Origin: Escherichia coli | Lineage (GTDB): Bacteria > Pseudomonadota > Gammaproteobacteria > Enterobacterales > Enterobacteriaceae | Reading direction: 5' to 3' (one strand) | NCBI RefSeq assembly: GCF_003334385.1 | Contig: NZ_QOWN01000034.1 | DNA length: 47,554 nt | Shown here: positions 21,808 to 32,946 of the stretch, piece after piece | Layout of the letters: every line of letters begins with the position of its first letter | How positions within the stretch are numbered: position 1 is the first letter of the stretch | Made by a program: the position numbers and the translations under genes | Notes under the pieces: model-generated | The model's input: the letters and a program-made list of their open reading frames with translations, nothing else | Databases searched by the model: none | What the model was told of the DNA's origin: nothing

Positions 21808-22677
21808 ATGGATCAGGCCGGCATTATTCGCGACCTTTTAATCTGGCTGGAAGGTCATCTGGATCAGCCCCTGTCGCTCGACAATGTAGCGGCGAAAGCA
21901 GGTTATTCCAAGTGGCACTTACAGAGAATGTTTAAAGATGTCACTGGCCATGCTATTGGCGCGTATATTCGTGCTCGTCGTTTGTCGAAATCGGCGGTCG
22001 CACTACGCCTGACTGCGCGTCCGATTCTGGACATCGCGCTGCAATACCGCTTCGACTCTCAACAGACATTTACCCGCGCATTCAAGAAGCAGTTTGCCCA
22101 GACTCCTGCACTTTACCGCCGTTCTCCTGAATGGAGCGCCTTTGGTATTCGCCCGCCGCTGCGTCTGGGTGAATTCACTATGCCAGAGCATAAATTTGTC
22201 ACCCTGGAAGATACGCCGCTGATTGGTGTTACCCAGAGCTACTCCTGTTCGCTGGAGCAAATCTCTGATTTCCGCCATGAAATGCGTTATCAGTTCTGGC
22301 ACGATTTTCTCGGCAACGCGCCGACCATTCCGCCAGTGCTCTACGGCCTGAATGAAACGCGTCCGAGTCAGGATAAAGACGACGAACAAGAGGTATTCTA
22401 TACCACCGCGTTAGCCCAGGATCAGGCAGATGGTTATGTACTGACGGGGCATCCGGTGATGCTGCAGGGCGGCGAATATGTGATGTTTACCTATGAAGGT
22501 CTGGGAACCGGCGTGCAGGAGTTTATCCTGACGGTATACGGAACGTGCATGCCAATGCTCAACCTGACGCGCCGTAAAGGTCAGGATATTGAGCGATACT
22601 ACCCGGCAGAAGACGCCAAAGCGGGAGATCGCCCAATTAATCTGCGCTGTGAACTGCTGATTCCTATCCGCCGTTAA
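21808..22677 (+). CDS. rob: AraC/XylS-family right-origin-binding protein Rob, 289 aa
   Basis: MDQAGIIRDLLIWLEGHLDQPLSLDNVAAKAGYSKWHLQRMFKDVTGHAIGAYIRARRL... Confidence 0.97.
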   Translation: MDQAGIIRDLLIWLEGHLDQPLSLDNVAAKAGYSKWHLQRMFKDVTGHAIGAYIRARRLSKSAVALRLTARPILDIALQYRFDSQQTFTRAFKKQFAQTPALYRRSPEWSAFGIRPPLRLGEFTMPEHKFVTLEDTPLIGVTQSYSCSLEQISDFRHEMRYQFWHDFLGNAPTIPPVLYGLNETRPSQDKDDEQEVFYTTALAQDQADGYVLTGHPVMLQGGEYVMFTYEGLGTGVQEFILTVYGTCMPMLNLTRRKGQDIERYYPAEDAKAGDRPINLRCELLIPIRR

Positions 22678-23321
22678 CGCTGCAGCTCATCTAATGCAGG
22701 GGCGTCCAGATGCGAGATGTCCCCTGCGGTTTCAACGACCCAGCCAGACGCCAGCCACAGGCTTTCCTGATAATCCACGCGCGAAATAGAACAGTTACGC
22801 AGACGTAAGCGGCGCTCTGCCCATGCTGGTAATCCGAGAATCGTACTCACCAGGCATCCCAGTGCAATACCATGACTCACCAGCAGCGGTCGGCTTCCCT
22901 GCGGTAAGTCCCGGCAAGATTCCAGTGCCGCATTGACGCGATCGCTGAGCTCCTGCATTGACTCGCCTTCAGGAATACGCCCGTCAACGGTGCCATTGAC
23001 CAGCTGCCGACGCCAGTTCTCTTCTTCTTCGGTCAGAGAATCGATATGTCTTTTTTCCAGCACACCCATGTTTAATTCACGCAGGCGAGAATCAAAGATG
23101 ATGTCACAGCCGCAGGCCTGGGCGATGATTTCCGCCGTACGCCGGGTGCGTCCTAAATCGCTACTGATAATATGCGTAATGCCAAGCTCTTTGGCACGGG
23201 TTGCCACCTGCATCGCCTGTTGCTCACCTTTGGCGGTCAGCGGGCTGTCAGACTGGCCCTGAATACGTCGCTCGGCGTTCCACTGCGTTTCACCGTGGCG
23301 GACTAGGTATACCTGTAACAT
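22674..23321 (-). CDS. gpmB: Phosphoglycerate mutase family protein GpmB, 215 aa
   Basis: MLQVYLVRHGETQWNAERRIQGQSDSPLTAKGEQQA..., histidine phosphatase RHG motif; its 3' end overlaps the rob stop. Confidence 0.95.
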   Translation of the reverse strand: MLQVYLVRHGETQWNAERRIQGQSDSPLTAKGEQQAMQVATRAKELGITHIISSDLGRTRRTAEIIAQACGCDIIFDSRLRELNMGVLEKRHIDSLTEEEENWRRQLVNGTVDGRIPEGESMQELSDRVNAALESCRDLPQGSRPLLVSHGIALGCLVSTILGLPAWAERRLRLRNCSISRVDYQESLWLASGWVVETAGDISHLDAPALDELQR

Positions 23322-23360
23322 GCTTTTTTTCCGTATACTGCTGTAACGTTAATTTTCTGA

Positions 23361-23894
<534 letters not shown>

Positions 23895-23975
23895 GACGGA
23901 TAAGGCGTTCACGCCGCATCCGGCATTCGGTGCACGATGCCTGATGCGACGCTGCCGCGTCTTATCAGGCCTACA
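23895..23975. repeat. REP pair between yjjX and trpR
   Basis: GGATAAGGCGTTCACGCCGCATCCGGCA and GCCTGATGCGACGCTGCCGCGTCTTATCAGGCCTAC. Confidence 0.85.
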
Positions 23976-23978
23976 AAA

Positions 23979-24320
<342 letters not shown>

Positions 24321-24342
24321 TTAGCGGGGGAAGCAAAATGCC

Positions 24343-24360
24343 TCCCCCGGTTGTACTCGC
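24343..24360. promoter_or_regulatory. TrpR autoregulatory operator in the trpR promoter
   Basis: GTACTCGCTAAAGAGTAC palindrome (GTAC-N10-GTAC) about 40 bp upstream of trpR, matching the trp-operator type. Confidence 0.65.
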
Positions 24361-24394
24361 TAAAGAGTACGATAGCATATCATAAACGGGCGGA

Positions 24395-26332
24395 TCAGTA
24401 ACGACGTCCCCATTCCGTGGCGCTCATCAACGTCGGTTTATCCCCCATGAAATAGCGGTAGTAAGCGTCATAAGCCAGCACGTTCTTTACATAACCACGC
24501 GTCTCGGAGAACGGAATACTCTCGACAAATGCCACTGCGTCGATACGCCCGGCGCTGTTGCCAAGCCAGGTTCGCACCCGCCCTGGTCCGGCGTTATAAG
24601 CTGCTGAGGAGAAAATACGGTTATTGCCAAACTGCTGATAAACATATTGCAGATAACTGGTGCCAATGTTGATATTCGTTTCCGGATCCAGCAATTGCCC
24701 AGGGCTGCTATAACCAGGAATAGAGAACATCTTCACCGTATGGGTCGCTGTACCAGGCATAATCTGCATCAGGCCGCTGGCCCCTACCGGTGATTTCACT
24801 TTTGGATTCCAGGCGCTCTCCTGACGGGCAATCGCCATCGCATAGCTTTGCGGGATCTCCTTCCCACTGGTGTAACGTTTGAAAAGATCGTTGTAAGCCA
24901 GCGGGAATCGCTCTTCCAGATGATCCCACAGCTTCCCGGCGATCGTTGCCTGAACGCTAAGATCCCACCATTGGTTGTTGAAAGCATACCGCGCCAGTTG
25001 AGCCTGCTCTGTTTTTGACTTGCTCTTCACCAGATTGGCCCACTCGCTACGCGCGGTGTTATCGAGATTCCAGTACATCAACTCGCGCACGCGCGCCATC
25101 TCCGACCCCTGAGTCAGGGCGCTGTCAACATTCTGCGGCGCTTTATCAATCTTCAGCTCATACTCTTCGCCGATGCGTTGTGCAGCAACCATCGGGTAGA
25201 AACCACGCTGTTGCATGAGTTGATGCAAAATCTCTTTTGCTTCAGCTTCACGTCCGCGTTCCAGCAGTAAATCCGCCTGCCAGTAACGCCATTCATCTTT
25301 CTCTTTCGCCTCCATCGGCAAACGCGCCAGCCAGGTATTCAGGCCGCGACGATCGCCGGTGCCAAGCGCCATTCGTACACGGCGTTCAATAAGCGAAGTA
25401 GATTGCGAGCGCATAATGGCGTCATCGCGCCATTTCGCCTGCTCGTCGGTGACATCGTTGCCCATCAAACGCCAGGCGACGATATCGCGCAGCTCCTGAA
25501 TCTGATCTTCATTAAGCTGCTGCGCCTGGGCAAGCGATGGGATCATCAGCCGTGCATTTTCAGCATCCTGCCGCGCCACACTGGCAAACGCCACCGCCGC
25601 CATTTGACGGGTAAAATCGGTCGCTCCGGTTGTACGCGCGAAGGTCAGTACCGTATTAGGGTTGTTCGCCAGTGAAATGATTGCCGAGGCGATAGTCTGG
25701 TAATCGGCAGGCATCTGCCCTGCCAGCACTGTTACCAGGCCAGTGTTACCCGCTTTCATCGCCAGACGGATACGCTCTAAATACGCCAGCGGATCTTGTT
25801 TACCTGACGCACGCCAGACACTAAATAACTTGTCACAGGCGTTAGGCTGGCTCTTGCCGGTTAGCCACAGCTCTTTCGCCCCTTGCCAGGCTTCTTCACT
25901 CTGCCCGGTGTTCCATTTTGCATAGTAGTAATTACATTGCGCTTCGGTAGTTCCGGGCTTTTCCGGGCTAAAGGCTAACAAGCCACGCCAGTCTTCACGC
26001 CGCGCCAGTTCATTGACGAAACGAGATTGCAGCGTGCGAGCGGGAGGAAGCGTGGGGTTAGCGCGAACAAAGTTAGTGACCGTCACCGCCGGTTGATTCA
26101 TCAGGTCATCGGTGATCTGACGGTATTCCAGGTAGGGATAAAGTGGATAATCTTTCAGTCCAGGCATCATTTGTTCGACCACATCCATTTGTCGATTATC
26201 CCAGGCCTGCTTGATTTGCGCGTAACGGCTACGCTGCTCATCCAGTGAGTCGGCTCGCGCCACACTGCTGACCGTCAGCAGACAGACACCGGCAGCCAAC
26301 AGCCGCCAGGTAACTTGTTTGGCTTTTTCCAC
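24395..26332 (-). CDS. slt: Soluble lytic murein transglycosylase Slt70, 645 aa, GTG start
   Basis: (V/M)EKAKQVTWRLLAAGVCLLTVSSVARADSLDEQRSRYAQIK...; superhelical TPR-like domain and C-terminal lysozyme-like domain; start placed at GTG to give the 645-aa protein. Confidence 0.93.
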   Translation of the reverse strand: MEKAKQVTWRLLAAGVCLLTVSSVARADSLDEQRSRYAQIKQAWDNRQMDVVEQMMPGLKDYPLYPYLEYRQITDDLMNQPAVTVTNFVRANPTLPPARTLQSRFVNELARREDWRGLLAFSPEKPGTTEAQCNYYYAKWNTGQSEEAWQGAKELWLTGKSQPNACDKLFSVWRASGKQDPLAYLERIRLAMKAGNTGLVTVLAGQMPADYQTIASAIISLANNPNTVLTFARTTGATDFTRQMAAVAFASVARQDAENARLMIPSLAQAQQLNEDQIQELRDIVAWRLMGNDVTDEQAKWRDDAIMRSQSTSLIERRVRMALGTGDRRGLNTWLARLPMEAKEKDEWRYWQADLLLERGREAEAKEILHQLMQQRGFYPMVAAQRIGEEYELKIDKAPQNVDSALTQGSEMARVRELMYWNLDNTARSEWANLVKSKSKTEQAQLARYAFNNQWWDLSVQATIAGKLWDHLEERFPLAYNDLFKRYTSGKEIPQSYAMAIARQESAWNPKVKSPVGASGLMQIMPGTATHTVKMFSIPGYSSPGQLLDPETNINIGTSYLQYVYQQFGNNRIFSSAAYNAGPGRVRTWLGNSAGRIDAVAFVESIPFSETRGYVKNVLAYDAYYRYFMGDKPTLMSATEWGRRY

Positions 26333-26542
26333 AAGCGCATCCTCTAAGTGTAAATACATCAATGCAGCGTCATGCCGCGTAATAGATTTATGCTAACCAG
26401 TCATTGCCGTTTACGCCACGTTACGGACACTTTTTTACTTTTACTGCGAAGGTGATCGACCAACTGGGATTAGGCGGGGAAAAAGGCTACACTTCGCCTT
26501 TGAAAACTCATCATCACGATAAACATAGAGGCGAAGTCCAAC

Positions 26543-28210
26543 GTGGCTCAATTCGTTTATACCATGCATCGTGTCGGCAAAGTTGTTCCGCCGAAACGTC
26601 ATATTTTGAAAAACATCTCTCTGAGTTTCTTCCCTGGGGCAAAAATTGGTGTCCTGGGTCTGAACGGCGCGGGTAAGTCTACCCTGCTGCGCATTATGGC
26701 GGGCATTGATAAAGACATCGAAGGTGAAGCGCGTCCGCAGCCAGACATCAAGATTGGTTACCTGCCGCAGGAACCGCAGCTGAACCCGGAACACACCGTG
26801 CGTGAGTCCATTGAAGAAGCGGTTTCTGAAGTGGTTAACGCCCTGAAACGCCTGGATGAAGTGTATGCGCTGTACGCCGATCCGGATGCCGATTTTGACA
26901 AGCTGGCCGCTGAACAAGGCCGTCTGGAAGAGATCATTCAGGCTCACGACGGTCATAACCTGAACGTACAGCTGGAGCGTGCGGCGGATGCGCTACGTCT
27001 GCCGGACTGGGACGCGAAAATCGCTAACCTCTCCGGTGGTGAGCGTCGTCGCGTAGCGTTGTGCCGCCTGCTGCTGGAAAAACCAGACATGCTGCTGCTC
27101 GACGAACCGACCAACCACCTGGATGCCGAATCCGTGGCCTGGCTGGAACGCTTCCTGCACGACTTCGAGGGCACCGTGGTGGCGATTACCCACGACCGTT
27201 ACTTCCTCGATAACGTTGCAGGCTGGATCCTCGAACTTGACCGCGGTGAAGGTATTCCGTGGGAAGGCAACTACTCCTCCTGGCTGGAGCAGAAAGATCA
27301 GCGCCTGGCGCAGGAAGCTTCACAAGAAGCGGCGCGTCGTAAGTCGATCGAGAAAGAGCTGGAGTGGGTACGTCAGGGAACTAAAGGCCGCCAGTCGAAA
27401 GGTAAAGCACGTCTGGCACGCTTTGAAGAGCTGAACAGCACCGAATATCAGAAACGTAACGAAACCAACGAACTGTTTATTCCACCTGGACCGCGTCTGG
27501 GCGATAAAGTGCTGGAAGTCAGCAACCTGCGTAAATCCTACGGTGATCGCCTGCTGATTGATGACCTGAGCTTCTCGATCCCGAAAGGGGCAATCGTCGG
27601 GATCATCGGTCCGAACGGCGCGGGTAAATCGACCCTGTTCCGTATGATCTCTGGTCAGGAACAGCCGGACAGCGGCACCATCACTTTAGGTGAAACGGTG
27701 AAACTGGCATCGGTTGATCAGTTCCGTGACTCAATGGATAACAGCAAAACCGTTTGGGAAGAAGTTTCCGGCGGGCTGGATATTATGAAGATCGGCAACA
27801 CCGAGATGCCAAGCCGCGCCTACGTTGGCCGCTTTAACTTTAAAGGGGTTGATCAGGGTAAACGCGTTGGTGAACTTTCCGGTGGTGAGCGCGGTCGTCT
27901 GCATCTGGCGAAGCTGCTGCAGGTTGGCGGCAACATGCTGCTGCTCGACGAACCAACCAACGACCTGGATATCGAAACCCTGCGCGCGCTGGAAAACGCC
28001 CTGCTGGAGTTCCCGGGCTGTGCGATGGTTATCTCGCACGACCGTTGGTTCCTCGACCGTATCGCCACGCACATCCTGGACTACCAGGATGAAGGTAAAG
28101 TTGAGTTCTTCGAAGGTAACTTTACTGAGTACGAAGAGTACAAGAAACGCACGCTGGGCGCAGACGCACTGGAGCCGAAGCGTATCAAGTACAAGCGTAT
28201 TGCGAAGTAA
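26543..28210 (+). CDS. ettA: Energy-dependent translational throttle EttA (ABC-F ATPase), 555 aa
   Basis: MAQFVYTMHRVGKVVPPKRHILKNISLSFFPGAKIGVLGLNGAGKSTLLRIMAGID...; two ABC domains with Walker A and LSGGE signature. Confidence 0.97.
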   Translation: MAQFVYTMHRVGKVVPPKRHILKNISLSFFPGAKIGVLGLNGAGKSTLLRIMAGIDKDIEGEARPQPDIKIGYLPQEPQLNPEHTVRESIEEAVSEVVNALKRLDEVYALYADPDADFDKLAAEQGRLEEIIQAHDGHNLNVQLERAADALRLPDWDAKIANLSGGERRRVALCRLLLEKPDMLLLDEPTNHLDAESVAWLERFLHDFEGTVVAITHDRYFLDNVAGWILELDRGEGIPWEGNYSSWLEQKDQRLAQEASQEAARRKSIEKELEWVRQGTKGRQSKGKARLARFEELNSTEYQKRNETNELFIPPGPRLGDKVLEVSNLRKSYGDRLLIDDLSFSIPKGAIVGIIGPNGAGKSTLFRMISGQEQPDSGTITLGETVKLASVDQFRDSMDNSKTVWEEVSGGLDIMKIGNTEMPSRAYVGRFNFKGVDQGKRVGELSGGERGRLHLAKLLQVGGNMLLLDEPTNDLDIETLRALENALLEFPGCAMVISHDRWFLDRIATHILDYQDEGKVEFFEGNFTEYEEYKKRTLGADALEPKRIKYKRIAK

Positions 28211-28220
28211 TGCGTAAAAT

Positions 28221-28370
28221 GCCGGATGCGGCGTGAACGCCTTATCCGGCCTACAAACCAAGAAATTTCAATACGTTGTGAATCTCCAGGCCTGATAAGA
28301 CGCGGTAAGCGTCGCATCAGGCATTGAGCACCGAATGCCGGATACGGCGTGAACGCCTTTTCCGGCCTAC
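28221..28370. repeat. REP cluster (three palindromic units) between ettA and nadR
   Basis: GCCGGATGCGGCGTGAACGCCTTATCCGGCCTAC, inverted AGGCCTGATAAGACGCGGTAAGCGTCGCATCAGGC, then GCCGGATACGGCGTGAACGCCTTTTCCGGCCTAC. Confidence 0.85.
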
Positions 28371-28516
28371 AACAGCCTTAGTATCCGCAATTTCGTAGCG
28401 GGTCACCCGTGCAGGTTTTTTCAAACCTTGTTTAATCTCGACAGCCTCTTCCAGAGAGGTTTTCAACTCATCAAAAAACTTATTTTATACCTCGCCTTTG
28501 AGCCGTTTCATCGCGG

Positions 28517-29749
28517 TTATCTCTGCTCCCCCATCATCTCCCGCACCAGCTCCACGCAGCGCAGGAAACGGCTGTCATAATCGTCCTCTTCAACCCGCAC
28601 GAATTCGATATTGTTCTCTTCCAGCATCTCCACCAGCAAGTTCTGGAACTCTTTGCGATCCACCGAACTGCCGAGGCTGCGTAAACCATCCGCCACCCAC
28701 GGCGTGTTGTTCTCCAGCAGGATCACCAGATCGAAACGGTATTCATCAATCAACGCCTGTACGAACGGATGCTCACGCCCTTCGTACTTTTTGCAGAACG
28801 CCTGGGTAGTGACAAAATCAGTGTCAATAAACGCCACTTTATTGGCATATTTCACTGCAAAATCAATGTATTGTGCGTGGCCCAGCGCGATTTTATCGTA
28901 ATCGGAATACTGCAATGCGATCTCATCACCGCCGAGGTGTGAAAAGACATAATCGCGACCATATTCCCACGCACTGGTGGTATTGAAGATATTGGCAAGT
29001 TTGTTTACCAGGGTGGATTTACCGCTCGACTCGCCACCAAGGATCGCCACGGTACGTACAAAGAACGGCTTCACTTCCGTAGGAATATATTCCCAGTAGC
29101 GGAACGGGTTTTCGCGGATCTGCGCACCGCTGATACTCATAAAGGTACGTTTCGGATCGACCAGCACCGTATCGATCCCCAGATGTTCCATATACTGTGG
29201 CGCATCGGCTTCTTCCGAGGTGTAGATCAGGTCCGGCTGAATCCCCTTTTCAGCCATAAACTTTTTGATGCCGTTGCTCCACACATCCCAGCCGTGCGGA
29301 TACGGCTCCATGCCCTCTTCGTTGAAAGCATGAATGCGAATATTTTTCTGATATTTAAAAGTTTGTAATAACCAGCGCAGACGATCCGGCACCGTGGGCT
29401 GCTGCGACATGGCGCTGTCTTCAAACAACGCGCGGTCGCGGGTATCGTCAAAACCCATAATGATATGCAGCTCGTCAACCTGGCTACAGGCGCGCTGGAT
29501 AAGGTAGATATGTCCGGTATGCAGCGGGTAGAACTTACCGAATACGACACCAATGGTTTTCTTCTGTCGGGGAAATTCAAGCCCCAAAAAACGGTGCAAC
29601 GCCTCCAGCTTTTGCGCGCTGGGGCTTTTAATTTTGGCATTCAGTAACTGGCTTAAATACCCTTTGGTCATACCGCTGGCATCAGCTACCTGCTGTAGCG
29701 TGCAGCCCTGTTGCTTGATGGCAGTTTTCAGGTAATCAAATGACGACAT
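28517..29749 (-). CDS. nadR: NadR: NAD regulator / NMN adenylyltransferase / ribosylnicotinamide kinase, 410 aa
   Basis: MSSFDYLKTAIKQQGCTLQQVADASGMTKGYLSQLL (HTH) plus nucleotidyltransferase and P-loop kinase domains. Confidence 0.95.
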   Translation of the reverse strand: MSSFDYLKTAIKQQGCTLQQVADASGMTKGYLSQLLNAKIKSPSAQKLEALHRFLGLEFPRQKKTIGVVFGKFYPLHTGHIYLIQRACSQVDELHIIMGFDDTRDRALFEDSAMSQQPTVPDRLRWLLQTFKYQKNIRIHAFNEEGMEPYPHGWDVWSNGIKKFMAEKGIQPDLIYTSEEADAPQYMEHLGIDTVLVDPKRTFMSISGAQIRENPFRYWEYIPTEVKPFFVRTVAILGGESSGKSTLVNKLANIFNTTSAWEYGRDYVFSHLGGDEIALQYSDYDKIALGHAQYIDFAVKYANKVAFIDTDFVTTQAFCKKYEGREHPFVQALIDEYRFDLVILLENNTPWVADGLRSLGSSVDRKEFQNLLVEMLEENNIEFVRVEEDDYDSRFLRCVELVREMMGEQR

Positions 29750-29769
29750 ATCTCCCTCCGTATCTCTCA

Positions 29770-31152
29770 TTATAAGTCGTCGAACACGCTAAGCGCGTCG
29801 GAGAGTTTTTTAACGCCAAAAATCTGCATCCCTTCCAGCGCTTTTTTCGGTACGTTAGCCGCCGGAACAATCGCCCGGCGAAAACCGTGTTTCGCCGCTT
29901 CTGAAATTCGTTCCTGACCGCTGGGCACCGGGCGGATCTCCCCTGCCAGCCCGACTTCACCAAACACCACCAGATCCTGTGGCAGCGGTCTGTCACGCAG
30001 GCTGGAAACCATCGCCAGCAGTAAAGCTAAATCGGCACTGGTTTCGGTTACCTTCACGCCGCCGACCACGTTCACAAATACATCCTGATCGGCCATTTGC
30101 AGACCACCGTGACGGTGCAAGACAGCCAGCAGGATTGCCAGACGGTTTTGCTCCAGACCTACCGCCACGCGGCGCGGATTCGCCATCATCGAGTGATCGA
30201 CCAGCGCCTGAATCTCCACCAGCAACGGACGTGTTCCTTCCCACACCACCATCACGGAGCTGCCGGAGGTCACTTCATCTCCGCGACTTAAGAAAATTGC
30301 CGAAGGGTTGCTGACTTCACGCAGCCCCTGTTCGGTCATCGCGAAGACGCCCAGCTCATTCACCGCGCCGAAGCGGTTTTTATGGCTGCGCAAGGTGCGA
30401 AAACGGGAGTCGGCATCACCATCCAGAAGCACCGAACAGTCGATACAGTGTTCCAGCACTTTAGGGCCAGCCAGCGAGCCATCTTTGGTTACGTGCCCAA
30501 CCATGACAATCGCCACACCGCGCGTTTTGGCGAAGCGCGTCAGATAAGCCGCCGTTTCACGCACCTGCGCCACGCTGCCAGGCGATGACTGTACATCCGC
30601 CATATGCATCACCTGGATCGAGTCAATTACCATCAGCTTCGGTTGCTCTTCTTCGGCAATCAGGCAGATCTGCTCGATGCTGGTTTCCGACAACATATTG
30701 AGATTGTCAGTAGGCAGGCCAAGGCGATGAGCGCGCATTGCCACCTGTTGCAGCGACTCTTCGCCGGTGACATACAGCGTTTTCATCTGCTGGGCCAGTT
30801 TGCACAGCGTTTGCAGCAACAGCGTGGATTTCCCCGCACCAGGGTTACCGCCAATCAGAATGGCACTTCCTGGCACCACGCCGCCGCCTAGTACGCGGTC
30901 GAACTCTTTAAATCCGGTGGAAAAACGCGGCAGCTCTTCAAGGCTGATATCGGAGAGTTTCTGGACTTTTGCCACCCCGGCGCTACCGGCATAGCCGCTG
31001 AGACGCTCGTTACGCGCCACCGTTGGCGACGCAGCAAGACGCACCTCGGTGATGGTGTTCCAGGCATGACAGGCACTGCACTGCCCCTGCCAGCGCGGAT
31101 AATCGGCCCCGCATTCATTACAAACAAAGGCGCGTTTTGGAGCTTTTGCCAC
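29770..31152 (-). CDS. radA: DNA repair protein RadA (Sms), 460 aa, GTG start
   Basis: (V/M)AKAPKRAFVCNECGADYPRWQGQCSACHAWNTITE... zinc finger, RecA-like GNPGAGKST P-loop, Lon-like C-terminal domain. Confidence 0.95.
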   Translation of the reverse strand: MAKAPKRAFVCNECGADYPRWQGQCSACHAWNTITEVRLAASPTVARNERLSGYAGSAGVAKVQKLSDISLEELPRFSTGFKEFDRVLGGGVVPGSAILIGGNPGAGKSTLLLQTLCKLAQQMKTLYVTGEESLQQVAMRAHRLGLPTDNLNMLSETSIEQICLIAEEEQPKLMVIDSIQVMHMADVQSSPGSVAQVRETAAYLTRFAKTRGVAIVMVGHVTKDGSLAGPKVLEHCIDCSVLLDGDADSRFRTLRSHKNRFGAVNELGVFAMTEQGLREVSNPSAIFLSRGDEVTSGSSVMVVWEGTRPLLVEIQALVDHSMMANPRRVAVGLEQNRLAILLAVLHRHGGLQMADQDVFVNVVGGVKVTETSADLALLLAMVSSLRDRPLPQDLVVFGEVGLAGEIRPVPSGQERISEAAKHGFRRAIVPAANVPKKALEGMQIFGVKKLSDALSVFDDL

Positions 31153-31200
31153 GGTGTACCTCGTTAATGCTGTGCCGCCCGCAGGATGGCGGGCGAGCAA

Positions 31201-32169
31201 TTACTTCTGATTCAGGCTGCCTGAGAGGATGCAGAATACCCCCATCAGGTCAGCGTGACGGATGGTGACTTCCGCCTTTTCATTCACTTTTGGCTTGGCA
31301 TGGTAGGCAATCCCCAGCCCTGCCGCTTTGATCATCGGCAGGTCATTGGCTCCATCGCCAATCGCCACGGTCTGCGCCAGCAGGATTTCATACTCCTGCG
31401 CGAGGCGAGTCAGAGTTTTCGCTTTGTACTGCGCGTCTACGATGTCGCCGATCACATTGCCGGTAAATTTACCGTCCATGATCTCCAGTTCATTGGCTAC
31501 CACGGCGGTCAGGCGCAACTTGTCGCGCAGATATTCAGCAAAGAAAGTAAAGCCGCCGGAGGCAATCGCCACTTTCCAGCCCAGCGTTTCCAGCTTGAGC
31601 ACCAGTTGCGTTAAGCCTGGCATCAGCGGCAGATTTTCACGCACCTGTTGCAGAATATTGGCGTCAGCGCCTTTCAGCGTCGCCACGCGGCTGCGCAGGC
31701 TGGCGGTAAAATCGAGTTCGCCGCGCATCGCCCGTTCGGTTACTTCCGCCACCATCTCGCCCGTTCCGGCCAGTTTGGCAATTTCATCAATACATTCAAT
31801 CTGGATGGCGGTGGAATCCATGTCCATCACCAGCAAACCCGGCGTGCGCAGGTGCGGGATTTTCCCCAGCGGGGCGACATCCAGTTGCGCTTCATGGGCC
31901 AGGCGCGTAGCCCGTGCGGTGAGTGAACCTGCCAGACGAATCACCTGATAATCTTCCACGCACCAGGCGGCAACAATCACCATCGCCGCACCCAGTTTGC
32001 TCTGGTATTGGGTCAGACGCTGTTTATCCAGCCCACGACCATACAGCAGCCAGCCGCTACGACCTGCGTGGTAATCCAGTGGCATCACTTCATCACCACT
32101 TAATGAAAGAGGCAGACCCGGCCATAAAGAGACATCTTCAGGCAGGTCGCACCAGGTAATGTTAGGCAT
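31201..32169 (-). CDS. serB: Phosphoserine phosphatase, 322 aa
   Basis: MPNITWCDLPEDVSLWPGLPLSLSGDEVMPLDYHAGRSG...; HAD motif DMDST. Confidence 0.95.
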   Translation of the reverse strand: MPNITWCDLPEDVSLWPGLPLSLSGDEVMPLDYHAGRSGWLLYGRGLDKQRLTQYQSKLGAAMVIVAAWCVEDYQVIRLAGSLTARATRLAHEAQLDVAPLGKIPHLRTPGLLVMDMDSTAIQIECIDEIAKLAGTGEMVAEVTERAMRGELDFTASLRSRVATLKGADANILQQVRENLPLMPGLTQLVLKLETLGWKVAIASGGFTFFAEYLRDKLRLTAVVANELEIMDGKFTGNVIGDIVDAQYKAKTLTRLAQEYEILLAQTVAIGDGANDLPMIKAAGLGIAYHAKPKVNEKAEVTIRHADLMGVFCILSGSLNQK

Positions 32170-32274
32170 TAAGGCTCCTGTAAAATCGTTCGAAGCAGGG
32201 AAAATAACGCATGAGGCTACCTTGTATCCATTGCTTCTGGCAACATTAAGTCTCAAATTTTCAAAGGGTGGAAG

Positions 32275-32919
32275 ATGGCTCGCACAAAACTGAAATTCCG
32301 GCTGCATCGGGCAGTGATTGTCCTGTTCTGTCTTGCCTTGTTAGTGGCGCTGATGCAGGGAGCGTCATGGTTTAGTCAAAACCACCAGCGACAACGTAAT
32401 CCACAGCTGGAAGAACTGGCCCGCACCCTGGCGCGTCAGGTAACGCTGAACGTTGCACCGCTGATGCGTACCGACTCGCCGGATGAAAAACGCATTCAGG
32501 CGATCCTCGATCAGTTAACGGATGAAAGCCGTATCCTCGACGCGGGCGTGTATGACGAACAAGGCGATCTTATCGCCCGTTCTGGCGAAAGCGTCGAAGT
32601 GCGCGACCGGCTGGCGCTCGACGGTAAAAAAGCGGGCGGCTATTTTAACCAGCAGATTGTCGAACCAATTGCCGGGAAAAACGGACCGCTCGGCTATCTG
32701 CGCCTGACGCTCGACACCCATACGCTCGCCACCGAAGCCCAACAGGTGGATAACACCACTAACATTTTACGCCTGATGTTGCTGCTTTCACTGGCAATCG
32801 GCGTAGTGCTGACCCGCACGCTGCTACAGGGTAAACGTACCCGCTGGCAGCAATCGCCCTTCCTGTTAACCGCCAGCAAACCGGTGCCGGAAGAGGAAGA
32901 AAGCGAGAAAAAAGAGTGA
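32275..32919 (+). CDS. ytjB: Membrane protein YtjB (Smp), 214 aa
   Basis: MARTKLKFRLHRAVIVLFCLALLVALMQGASWFSQNHQRQ... Confidence 0.9.
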   Translation: MARTKLKFRLHRAVIVLFCLALLVALMQGASWFSQNHQRQRNPQLEELARTLARQVTLNVAPLMRTDSPDEKRIQAILDQLTDESRILDAGVYDEQGDLIARSGESVEVRDRLALDGKKAGGYFNQQIVEPIAGKNGPLGYLRLTLDTHTLATEAQQVDNTTNILRLMLLLSLAIGVVLTRTLLQGKRTRWQQSPFLLTASKPVPEEEESEKKE

Positions 32920-32946
32920 CCCATTACTACAAGAAAGGAAATCGTT

